64,000 bases of DNA, taken from the IMG/VR virus record IMGVR_UViG_3300037961_004224, positions 62,254-126,253 of that record. One strand, 5' to 3'. Position numbers and translations under genes: made by a program. A model generated the notes under the pieces. That model searched no databases and had not been told where the DNA came from. It saw only the letters and a list, made by a program, of their open reading frames with translations. Source of the stretch: a virus. Below, in pieces: positions 52,101 to 58,771 of the stretch (positions are counted from its first letter, which is position 1; each line of letters starts with the position of its first letter).

Positions 52101-52909
52101 TTGCTTTCCTCGTTTATAACTGAATCTGAATTTAATAGTGGTTGATCTACTTCGCCATCTTCATACTCGTGAAAATCAGACAACCTTTTTCTAGCTTTTT
52201 CTCCAGCAATGGCTTGTACCGCCATATCGAATCCTTCTTTTTCTCTGTTCTCTATAGAATCAAGTTCACGCATCCACATGCTGAAGTTTGTTTTAGCATC
52301 ATCGGCTACACGCTTTCTTTGTTCACGAGTACCTTTAAGATCCTTTAGATATCTTTCTTTTTTTGTCAAAAGTTTTTCATGTTCATTGATATAACTAGAC
52401 TTGCTACCAATCATAGCACCTAGCTGTGTTTGAAACATAGCAAGAGCTTGTGTGTCTTGCATATCTTTTGGTTTATCCATCTCTTCATCAATAAGCTTGT
52501 TGAGAGTATCAATGTTGACCATAATTTCTTGTCTGTCTTCCATTGATCTGTTGATAAGCACTTCTGTGCGTATAACTTCTAGAATTTGCATTTCTTCTGT
52601 GTGAGTAACATCTTCATTGAACTGTTTAAAAAAGTCAATCCAATTGTGCTCAAAGAATATTATCTCAGCGTCATTCATTTGCTTTGAAAGTTCTTTGTAA
52701 TAGTAACGATCTCGTAAAGTAGATAGAAGGTGTTCTTCGTCAGTTAGATCTCTTGCTTTGAGATTCTTTTTGTCGATGTACTTGCGAATAGGATCAATTT
52801 TTCTATTTAGATTGTTGGCAATGTCCTCAAGAGACAAATCAAAACAGTTCTGTTCTATATATGCCATTTCTTGATTTGACAGTTTACCACGTTTCCGGCT
52901 CAATTCCAT
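52097..52909 (-). CDS. Putative terminase small subunit or HTH/coiled-coil protein, 270 aa
   Basis: N-terminal HTH-like segment (LSNQEMAYIEQN…LEDIANNLNR) and a coiled coil; upstream of terL in the same operon. Confidence 0.4.
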   Translation of the reverse strand: MELSRKRGKLSNQEMAYIEQNCFDLSLEDIANNLNRKIDPIRKYIDKKNLKARDLTDEEHLLSTLRDRYYYKELSKQMNDAEIIFFEHNWIDFFKQFNEDVTHTEEMQILEVIRTEVLINRSMEDRQEIMVNIDTLNKLIDEEMDKPKDMQDTQALAMFQTQLGAMIGSKSSYINEHEKLLTKKERYLKDLKGTREQRKRVADDAKTNFSMWMRELDSIENREKEGFDMAVQAIAGEKARKRLSDFHEYEDGEVDQPLLNSDSVINEESK

Positions 52910-53525
52910 TCTCCTTTAAAATTTGAAATATAAACTCAATCATTTGTTCTCTTTTTTGTTTGGATATTTTTAACTTGTTGCTAAATCTTATCCAATCTTC
53001 TCTCATAGAGACAGGTATATTTGAATTTATTAATTTATATATTTCTTTGCTAAATATTTTATCATCTACTTTTGCGTCATACTGTACTTCTGAATTTACA
53101 CTACTGATTGATGATGTTTGATTGCTTGCCAAACTTTTCTTAACTTCGTTTCTGTTGAACCATTTAAAATAATGATTACAGTCCATCATGCTGCTAAACT
53201 TTGTACATTCATGATTTATGTATGCCTTAAATGGACAATTGTCACATGGCTTGTCGGGTCTTGCAAAATTGTCTCTTTTAAAGTTATGCAATCTATTTCT
53301 AGCATGAATCCATAAAAAACTGTCGAGCGAATTGCCTTTTTCTGGATCAAACTTTTCTAAGATAGTTGTTCCGTTTCGATCTGGTTTTAATATCTCTAAA
53401 AAAACCTGTTGTTTCATGTCCTCGATTTCATGATAGCCAAACTTAAACTTACTGGCTAGTCTGCTCGATATTCTGGACACTATCTCTATCACTTCCTCCT
53501 CTGTATATCCCTTGGGAATCTTCAT
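52884..53525 (-). CDS. Phage sigma70-family RNA polymerase sigma factor (~213 aa)
   Basis: Region 2 pattern EDMKQQVFLEI…KFDPEKG.SL.SFLWIHARNRLHNFKRD, followed by a Cys-rich insert. Confidence 0.75.
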   Translation of the reverse strand: MKIPKGYTEEEVIEIVSRISSRLASKFKFGYHEIEDMKQQVFLEILKPDRNGTTILEKFDPEKGNSLDSFLWIHARNRLHNFKRDNFARPDKPCDNCPFKAYINHECTKFSSMMDCNHYFKWFNRNEVKKSLASNQTSSISSVNSEVQYDAKVDDKIFSKEIYKLINSNIPVSMREDWIRFSNKLKISKQKREQMIEFIFQILKENGIEPETW

Positions 53526-53703
53526 CACTTTCCTCAATATTACTTATTTCTGCTTCAAAATCGTTAAAAACTAATGTTAGTAATCCACCATCAACGTCTA
53601 TATCGACATGTGCAGAAACTATTCCGTCAATCGGCTCTCCTGTTTGAGCGTCCATAACTCTGGTGTGTGCTGGGTTTCCATCATAAAATAGTTTAAATGC
53701 CAT
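53449..53703 (-). CDS. Hypothetical protein, 84 aa
   Basis: ATG at 53703 inside the track ORF; overlaps the start of the sigma gene. Confidence 0.55.
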   Translation of the reverse strand: MAFKLFYDGNPAHTRVMDAQTGEPIDGIVSAHVDIDVDGGLLTLVFNDFEAEISNIEESDEDSQGIYRGGSDRDSVQNIEQTSQ

Positions 53704-53875
53704 CTTCTTCGTCCTCTTCCTCTTCATTTGAAGTAGCTAGAAGTTTTGATATGCTTGGAGTTGGTTTTTTGCTTGCTTTTGCTGTTTCCAATTCTTTTTC
53801 AACTTCTTCTTGAAGCTCTTCACTTGCTACTGTTCTTAGTGTTGAGCTAGTTATTTGATGCTGGGGAACTTTCAT
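53693..53875 (-). CDS. Hypothetical charged protein (~60 aa)
   Basis: ATG at 53875 with RBS AAGGAG; first gene of the late operon. Confidence 0.55.
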   Translation of the reverse strand: MKVPQHQITSSTLRTVASEELQEEVEKELETAKASKKPTPSISKLLATSNEEEEDEEDGI

Positions 53876-53967
53876 AAATTTTCTCCTTTTAAAAATCAAA
53901 AGTTGTCATTCGATACTACAATAGTATATACACGGTATGGCTACTTTTTTTGAGGAGAAACAGGATT

Positions 53968-54186
53968 ATGAATATAAAATGGTCAGAAAATGAAAAGAAC
54001 TTTGTGCGAGACAATGCACATCGTATGAAAGATAAAGAAATTGCTGAAATTTTAACAGAACAAACCGGCAGAGACGTTAGCCTTCAAGCTGTCAGAAAAA
54101 TGAGGCAGAAACTAGGCGTTAAAAAGAAATGCGGTCGAGGAATCTGTGAGCTTAATACAAACATCCATCGTCCACAAGAGGTTTAG
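53968..54186 (+). CDS. HTH/Myb-like DNA-binding protein (~72 aa)
   Basis: WSENEKNFV…DKEIAEIL…SLQAVRKMRQKLG; RBS AGGA. Confidence 0.7.
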   Translation: MNIKWSENEKNFVRDNAHRMKDKEIAEILTEQTGRDVSLQAVRKMRQKLGVKKKCGRGICELNTNIHRPQEV

Positions 54187-54409
54187 GGAAAGTGGTCGTT
54201 TGAAAATGGGGTCGGACGATTTTTAAAATAAAAGTGGTCATTTAGTCAGGGCTAGGCTTGTTTTGTGAGAACCACCTTAGAGATCCGGTACTGGTTACGT
54301 GAGATTAAGAAAAATTGAAAAAACCCCACCTCTTTATTATAAAAACTAATATTCTACAATCGTAGAAATCTATGCAAAAGTTTTAGGAAAAATTCTAGCC
54401 ATCTCTATA

Positions 54410-54424
54410 TGGCACACGGTATGC
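54410..54424 (+). promoter_or_regulatory. Sigma54-like -24/-12 site
   Basis: TGGCAC-ACGGT-ATGC (GG-N10-GC). Confidence 0.45.
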
Positions 54425-54513
54425 CCGCCCCTTGACGTAAACCCTTATGTGGTAACGACTTACGACAAATAAAAAAACTTTCTATAAAATTATAAAATAA
54501 AGTGATCTAGGGG

Positions 54514-54541
54514 TTGACAAAATGACGATACTATGTATAAT
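54514..54541 (+). promoter_or_regulatory. Sigma70-type early promoter
   Basis: TTGACA-16(ACGATA)-TATAAT. Confidence 0.85.
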
Positions 54542-54571
54542 GGAGGCATGATGATTAAGCAAAGTAAAAAC

Positions 54572-54682
54572 ATGATTAAAATGATGAACCTGATCGCCTA
54601 TGGTGGGAATCGTCCCGCTAATGTTTCCCCGGCACGATGGGAAGCAATGAAAAAGTTTTTTCAAAGAAACTTCAAAAAGTGA
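54572..54682 (+). CDS. Small basic protein, 36 aa (MIKMMNLIAYGGNRPANVSPARWEAMKKFFQRNFKK)
   Basis: Read manually; downstream of a promoter; its TGA is the start of the 14-bp motif. Confidence 0.5.
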   Translation: MIKMMNLIAYGGNRPANVSPARWEAMKKFFQRNFKK

Positions 54683-54750
54683 CCTAACGTGTCACTACCA
54701 TGTGCGATAATAATAATATGACAAGTAAACAACAACAAAAGGAAAACACG

Positions 54751-54900
54751 ATGGATCTCATGGACTTGCACAAAGTATTGATGGCCCTTGCTACTGGTAA
54801 AGTTTCTGCACAAATAGCAAACAAGCCGGAATGGGAAAAAGAGATTGATGACGTTATTAAATTTGTTCAAGAAAAACAAAAGAAAGTTATTAACTCTTGA
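54751..54900 (+). CDS. Small hypothetical protein (~49 aa)
   Basis: RBS AAGGA before ATG 54751; its stop lies in the 14-bp motif. Confidence 0.6.
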   Translation: MDLMDLHKVLMALATGKVSAQIANKPEWEKEIDDVIKFVQEKQKKVINS

Positions 54901-54968
54901 CCTAACGTGTCACACCTATAGACGATAATACTAATATGACAAACAACACTAAAGAAAGGAAAAATGTC

Positions 54969-55193
54969 ATGAAATGTTTTGATGTAACTTATATCTGCCC
55001 TTGGAATGGTCGCGAAATGACCAGCATTGAGGCTTCCGCCGATCAGTTGTACCAGAATGATTCTGGTGAGATGGTGTTCCGATACAACGATCATTACAAC
55101 GCTTGCGAAGTAGTGACCGCTGTTGAGGTTCCACAATCCCGCCTTGATGCCAAGGCTGCATACTTCAAGCGGTTCGGTACTGCTTGCGAGTAA
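54969..55193 (+). CDS. Small hypothetical protein (~74 aa)
   Basis: RBS AAGGA; part of track ORF 54936-55193. Confidence 0.65.
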   Translation: MKCFDVTYICPWNGREMTSIEASADQLYQNDSGEMVFRYNDHYNACEVVTAVEVPQSRLDAKAAYFKRFGTACE

Positions 55194-55325
55194 GCTAGAC
55201 AATCGGATATCCTACCGATACAAAATAAATTAGGTTTTGGAAGTTAAACGGTAAGTTGTACCAAGTAATCAAAACTACCGCCCCAACACACTAAAAAAGA
55301 TCAAAAAATATTTTTAGGAAAAATT

Positions 55326-55427
55326 ATGAGATTTGTACTTGACTTGCTCTATATTACCGTGGTCCCGTTCTTTTTTATGTTCGGCGTAACCTTTGCAGCT
55401 TATCTATTGTTACAATGGCCATTCTAG
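55326..55427 (+). CDS. Hydrophobic micropeptide, 33 aa
   Basis: MRFVLDLLYITVVPFFFMFGVTFAAYLLLQWPF, read manually; AGGA upstream. Confidence 0.45.
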   Translation: MRFVLDLLYITVVPFFFMFGVTFAAYLLLQWPF

Positions 55428-55557
55428 TTTGCGAATTGCCGTAAGTCCTTTGCTGGTAAGGGTTTAGGGCGAAGGCGGGCGTTTTCGACGTAAATCGTTT
55501 AGTACCAAGGAGTTACAACTATTCCTGTTATTTTTCAAAAAAAGGTAGTGATAGGGC

Positions 55558-55586
55558 TTTACAAGTGCCGATCTATTTAATATACT
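55558..55586 (+). promoter_or_regulatory. Sigma70-type early promoter
   Basis: TTTACA-17(CCGATC)-TATACT. Confidence 0.7.
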
Positions 55587-55626
55587 CTTAGTAACAAAAT
55601 TGAGTTTTACCTTTTGGAGTTTGATT

Positions 55627-55917
55627 ATGAGTTCTTTTGATTACCAGATCCAGTGTGAAGAGTTGACCCGCACCGAGCCTACCGCCGAAGATTGGGCCGA
55701 GTATGGTGCTTGGTTGGATTCGCAAGAATCCTATGAGTGGTCTGACGAGGCCATCGAATTCGAGGAGTCCTTGCGATGGGATTCTCTCTATGAGGAGGAT
55801 TCGCCTCTCAACGATCCTGCACCTTGGGATGGGTGGCAGGATTATGTTCCAGAGGAGGAAGAGGAGTTGGATTATTCCGATTATCTTTATGAACTCCAAG
55901 AAAATTTGGAGTTTTGA
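55627..55917 (+). CDS. Extremely acidic, Trp/Tyr-rich protein, 96 aa
   Basis: RBS GGAG; 32 Asp/Glu against 2 Arg and 0 Lys (manual count); its stop lies in the 14-bp motif. Confidence 0.75.
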   Translation: MSSFDYQIQCEELTRTEPTAEDWAEYGAWLDSQESYEWSDEAIEFEESLRWDSLYEEDSPLNDPAPWDGWQDYVPEEEEELDYSDYLYELQENLEF

Positions 55918-56085
55918 CCTAACGTGTCCGGGTTGGGACGGGGCCGTTTGACGTAAACCCTTTAGTAGTAAGGAGTTACAACTATTTGCTACAATATTTA
56001 TTTTTTATCAAAAGATTGACCTAACGTGTCATAGTAGTGTGCGATAATATATATAGTTAAGAAGTTAATCAGTTAAAGGAAATTT

Positions 56086-56190
56086 ATGTTTGAGAACCCT
56101 GAATTTATGTCGTTTGTTTTTGTTCCTTGTCTCATGGGAATTATTTTGTTTATTTTTTGGATTTTAGGTATAGACCCCCTTGACAAATAG
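56086..56190 (+). CDS. Hydrophobic micropeptide, 34 aa
   Basis: MFENPEFMSFVFVPCLMGIILFIFWILGIDPLDK; RBS AAGGA. Confidence 0.55.
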   Translation: MFENPEFMSFVFVPCLMGIILFIFWILGIDPLDK

Positions 56191-56207
56191 CCGATATTAT
56201 GTATAAT
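56180..56207 (+). promoter_or_regulatory. Sigma70-type early promoter
   Basis: TTGACA-16(CCGATA)-TATAAT. Confidence 0.85.
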
Positions 56208-56235
56208 AGATGAAACAACAACGAAAGGTTTAATT

Positions 56236-56643
56236 ATGAAATTTGAAAACACACCATCCGGCAAACTGCTTGCTGAGTTCCGTACCGCTATCATGGAATC
56301 AATCACGGTTCCTAATCACTTGCTTCCTGCTGAGTTGCACGATGATGTTCGTGGTTGTCGTACCCTTGCACGTTTGGATCAGCTTTGTGACAAGCGTGAT
56401 GGTTTGACTGAACACGTTAAGCGTCAACAGATCAAACAACGAAACATTGAGCGACTGAGGAATCAAGTAGTTGAAAAGTCTAGATTTAATGAGCGTGGTG
56501 ACTTCATTGATTTAGATGGTGGCTTGGATTGGTCAGATAATGAGATGGATGAGATTCAACTGCATAGGAATCAAATGGCTCTTGTGGGTGGAATGGTAAA
56601 TGGTGGGTTGATTGACTCGGATGATTTAGAGGAAGAAGTATGA
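56236..56643 (+). CDS. Hypothetical protein, 135 aa
   Basis: ORF track; RBS AAGG; downstream of a promoter. Confidence 0.75.
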   Translation: MKFENTPSGKLLAEFRTAIMESITVPNHLLPAELHDDVRGCRTLARLDQLCDKRDGLTEHVKRQQIKQRNIERLRNQVVEKSRFNERGDFIDLDGGLDWSDNEMDEIQLHRNQMALVGGMVNGGLIDSDDLEEEV

Positions 56644-56909
56644 ATGAAGAAAGTTATTATTGGCACGTTGAGCTAGAGAGATGGTTGCCGGATAGTGAGG
56701 GCAATAAAATCATTTCAAAGATTAAATATAATTTGCCGTCTGATTACAGTAGTATGCTCGACAGTTTGGAAATGATCGACGAGGCTTATCACGATTCAGT
56801 TTATAGCGGCGTTACTCGTCATATAGTTGAACGATTTGCTGGCTCTGGTTTTTTGCCGAAGAAATTAGTACCGCCTCAAGGCTTGGAGAATTATGAAGAA
56901 AATGAGTGA
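56640..56909 (+). CDS. Hypothetical protein, 89 aa
   Basis: ORF track; ATGA coupling to the previous gene. Confidence 0.65.
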   Translation: MNEESYYWHVELERWLPDSEGNKIISKIKYNLPSDYSSMLDSLEMIDEAYHDSVYSGVTRHIVERFAGSGFLPKKLVPPQGLENYEENE

Positions 56910-57149
56910 TCAAAAAAAAGCATTAATTTTTTGTTTTGTGTCTTTTATTGTTGGCGTATTTTTTTGGGATTTTTATGAAATTTTTTTTATGTAATTTATT
57001 AGGTGCTATTATTCTTACTGCCCTAACTCATTTACTGGTAAGGCTTTAGGGAAAATGGCCGCCCCGCCGCCCTAAGTCCTTTGATACCAACGACTTACGT
57101 CAATTACAAAAAACTTTTGATTTATTTCTATTTTAATTGCATAGACCCC

Positions 57150-57177
57150 TTGACAAATGCCGATAATTATGTATAAT
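57150..57177 (+). promoter_or_regulatory. Sigma70-type promoter P1 of the ncRNA unit
   Basis: TTGACA-16(CCGATA)-TATAAT. Confidence 0.85.
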
Positions 57178-57209
57178 GGGGGAGTGTTAAGGGAAACCAC
57201 GACACAAAC

Positions 57210-57228
57210 TGATCTTTGAAAATTTGGT
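57210..57228 (+). promoter_or_regulatory. rrn boxA-like element 1
   Basis: TGATCTTTGAAAATTTGGT, preceded by a GAAA-capped hairpin. Confidence 0.55.
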
Positions 57229-57258
57229 TGTTTTTTCTGATTTTGTTCAAGATACCCC

Positions 57259-57287
57259 TTGACAAATGACGATAATTATGATATAAT
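57259..57287 (+). promoter_or_regulatory. Sigma70-type promoter P2 of the ncRNA unit
   Basis: TTGACA-17(ACGATA)-TATAAT, with an extended -10 TG. Confidence 0.85.
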
Positions 57288-57313
57288 GATAACATGTTAA
57301 GTGAGTCTGTGAG

Positions 57314-57532
57314 GCGACTTGATGACGGCCAATCTCAGCCGGTCAGCTTGACTTTTTGATCTTTCACAATTTGGTAGTTCAAGGGCATGACCCGCAAACC
57401 TCGCCCAAGTCGCGAGTATAGCTGGCGAGCTATTCCAAGATACGCACCACACAACGGGTGAAATCTGAGGTAAAGGGTAGGTGATGCCGCTACTGAAAAG
57501 TACGGTAACGATTACGAACCCTCTCAGCACCC
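57314..57532 (+). ncRNA. Candidate structured ncRNA of unknown family
   Basis: Helices 57314-21/57406-13, 57418-23/57428-33, 57456-60/57528-32, 57465-69/57523-27 and 57474-78/57518-22; GAAA tetraloop hairpin at 57486-57506. Confidence 0.6.
57357..57375 (+). promoter_or_regulatory. rrn boxA-like element 2
   Basis: TGATCTTTCACAATTTGGT, 17/19 identical to element 1. Confidence 0.55.
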
Positions 57533-57545
57533 AAACAATACATAT

Positions 57546-57678
57546 GGGGCTTTTCGCAAAGGAGCAAGCCGGACGCTACTGCGTCACACAGTGTTTAAAC
57601 GCTATCCCTTTAGCGGGGGATGACCTTTAGGCGTGAGACGTTGCCGGTGTAAGGCGGGTTCGATTCCCGCAAGCCTCT
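57546..57678 (+). ncRNA. Minimal tmRNA-like RNA (tRNA-like domain plus short mRNA-like insert)
   Basis: Acceptor stem GGGGCTT/AAGCCTC; T-arm GCGGG-TTCGATT-CCCGC; GGA in a stemless D-loop; helix GCCGG/CCGGT enclosing a putative pseudoknot, TTAAAC|GCT and a 9-codon frame ending in TAG. Confidence 0.55.
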
Positions 57679-57727
57679 GCCCACAAGTGCCACGGGGGTA
57701 CGTTAAAAATGCCCGCTTACAAATATC

Positions 57728-57943
57728 ATGTTTGCCATGACCTCAGTCGTGGCGGTTCCTTGCAAGAAGTGTGAGGTGGTGAATGAACTCGAAGTAGATT
57801 TCGAGAATTTCATCGCTTGGCAGTCTCGCAAGATGTTGATCCAAGAAGCGTTTCCAACGCTTGATGCGGATCAGCGTGAGCTTCTGATCTCTGGCATTTG
57901 TCCAAAATGCTGGGATGAGATGTTCCCTCCAGAAGAGGATTGA
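57728..57943 (+). CDS. Small Zn-binding-like protein, 71 aa
   Basis: CKKC…LIQEAFPTL…RELLISGICPKCW. Confidence 0.75.
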   Translation: MFAMTSVVAVPCKKCEVVNELEVDFENFIAWQSRKMLIQEAFPTLDADQRELLISGICPKCWDEMFPPEED

Positions 57944-58045
57944 ACCGCTTTGACCGTCCCGCTTCGGCGGTGTGGAGTTTGATAAGCTCTGTCGTAATCA
58001 CTCAATTATCATAAACTCTTTTTTTCTCTGTTTAGGATTTTTAAA

Positions 58046-58201
58046 ATGGAAAATTTCCACGATTCTTTTGTTTGCGAAGATTGTGATTGTCTCGTTTTGT
58101 TTGACGATGGCGGTTGTGATTGTGACCAGTGGGAAGACTACGAAGATGATGGTCAGCCGGATGAAATGCAGGAATGGCACGATTTTGACCCGGATTGTTG
58201 A
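58046..58201 (+). CDS. Acidic Cys-rich micropeptide, 51 aa, ending DGQPDEMQEWHDFDPDC
   Basis: Read manually; AGGA upstream; its stop lies in the 14-bp motif. Confidence 0.65.
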   Translation: MENFHDSFVCEDCDCLVLFDDGGCDCDQWEDYEDDGQPDEMQEWHDFDPDC

Positions 58202-58292
58202 CCTAACGTGTCACCCTGCGGGGCGGGGGTTTTGACGTAAACCCTTAGTGCATAAGGACTTAGAGAAAATCAAAAAACTTTCAAGATTAGGC

Positions 58293-58320
58293 TTGAAAAT
58301 GACGATATATATTGTATAAT
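58293..58320 (+). promoter_or_regulatory. Sigma70-type early promoter
   Basis: TTGAAA-16(ACGATA)-TATAAT. Confidence 0.75.
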
Positions 58321-58362
58321 TGAAGTGTAACGTAAACAACTCATATGCAAAGGAAAACGAAA

Positions 58363-58575
58363 ATGGCAAATTATATTGCGAATCCGGCGAATGTTCTTGT
58401 CGATGACCGCATCGAATTCGATTATAACGGCACAACCCGAAAGGGAAAAGTTGAAAGAGTCGGAAAGACTTTTGTGACAGTCAAACACGACAATCCAGCC
58501 GATTACAAGAATAAAACTTATTCAACGTATCAATTTAAAAGAATTACTTCCCGCATACGTCATCTCGCTTTTTAG
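58363..58575 (+). CDS. Small SH3-like beta protein (~70 aa)
   Basis: RBS AAGGA; IEFDYNGTTRKGKVERV…VTVKH. Confidence 0.7.
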   Translation: MANYIANPANVLVDDRIEFDYNGTTRKGKVERVGKTFVTVKHDNPADYKNKTYSTYQFKRITSRIRHLAF

Positions 58576-58607
58576 TGAGTGGCTTTTCGTGACCTCCTTT
58601 CGTGTTG

Positions 58608-58641
58608 CCCCTCGATTACTTTGGTAGTCGGGGGGTTTTTT
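58608..58641 (+). terminator. Rho-independent terminator
   Basis: CCCCTCGATTAC-TTTG-GTAGTCGGGGGG followed by T6. Confidence 0.8.
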
Positions 58642-58719
58642 GTTGCATCCAAGGTAGCTTGTTGAGTTTGTGATAAAAATTAGCACGCGAGTTTTTATAA
58701 AATAATTAAAGTTGACCCC

Positions 58720-58747
58720 TTGTAATTGACGATATATACTGTATAAT
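58720..58747 (+). promoter_or_regulatory. Sigma70-type early promoter
   Basis: TTGTAA-16(ACGATA)-TATAAT. Confidence 0.7.
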
Positions 58748-58771
58748 GAGGTCATAACATGAAAGGAAATT

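Larger units (their letters stand above)
54680..58212 (+). repeat. Five exact copies of the 14-bp motif TGACCTAACGTGTC
   Basis: At 54680, 54898, 55915, 56017 and 58199. Confidence 0.92.

Noticed and set aside
991-53315. The many plus-strand ORFs of 60-246 aa opposite the late genes
   Set aside because: They are antisense shadows of long minus-strand genes, without RBS or recognisable motifs.
830-53875. Stop-codon reassignment or a diversity-generating retroelement
   Set aside because: Very long ORFs are intact in code 11. No reverse transcriptase or adenine-mismatched TR/VR pair was seen.
57159-57166. Dual sigma28 promoters suggested by GCCGATAA
   Set aside because: No consistent TAAA -35 lies 15 bp upstream, and most copies read ACGATA.
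57465-57520. Hammerhead ribozyme (CTGAG…CGAA)
   Set aside because: The required CUGANGA and GAAA core sequences are not matched.
57546-57678. Ordinary tRNA or intron-containing tRNA
   Set aside because: There is no proper D-stem and no YU-anticodon loop on either side of the 71-nt insert, which is far too short for a group I intron.
54680-58212. Canonical integron attC sites at the ACCTAAC motif
   Set aside because: No complementary GTTRRRY core with L-box structure was found downstream of the copies, and no integrase is in the window. Kept only as an analogy.
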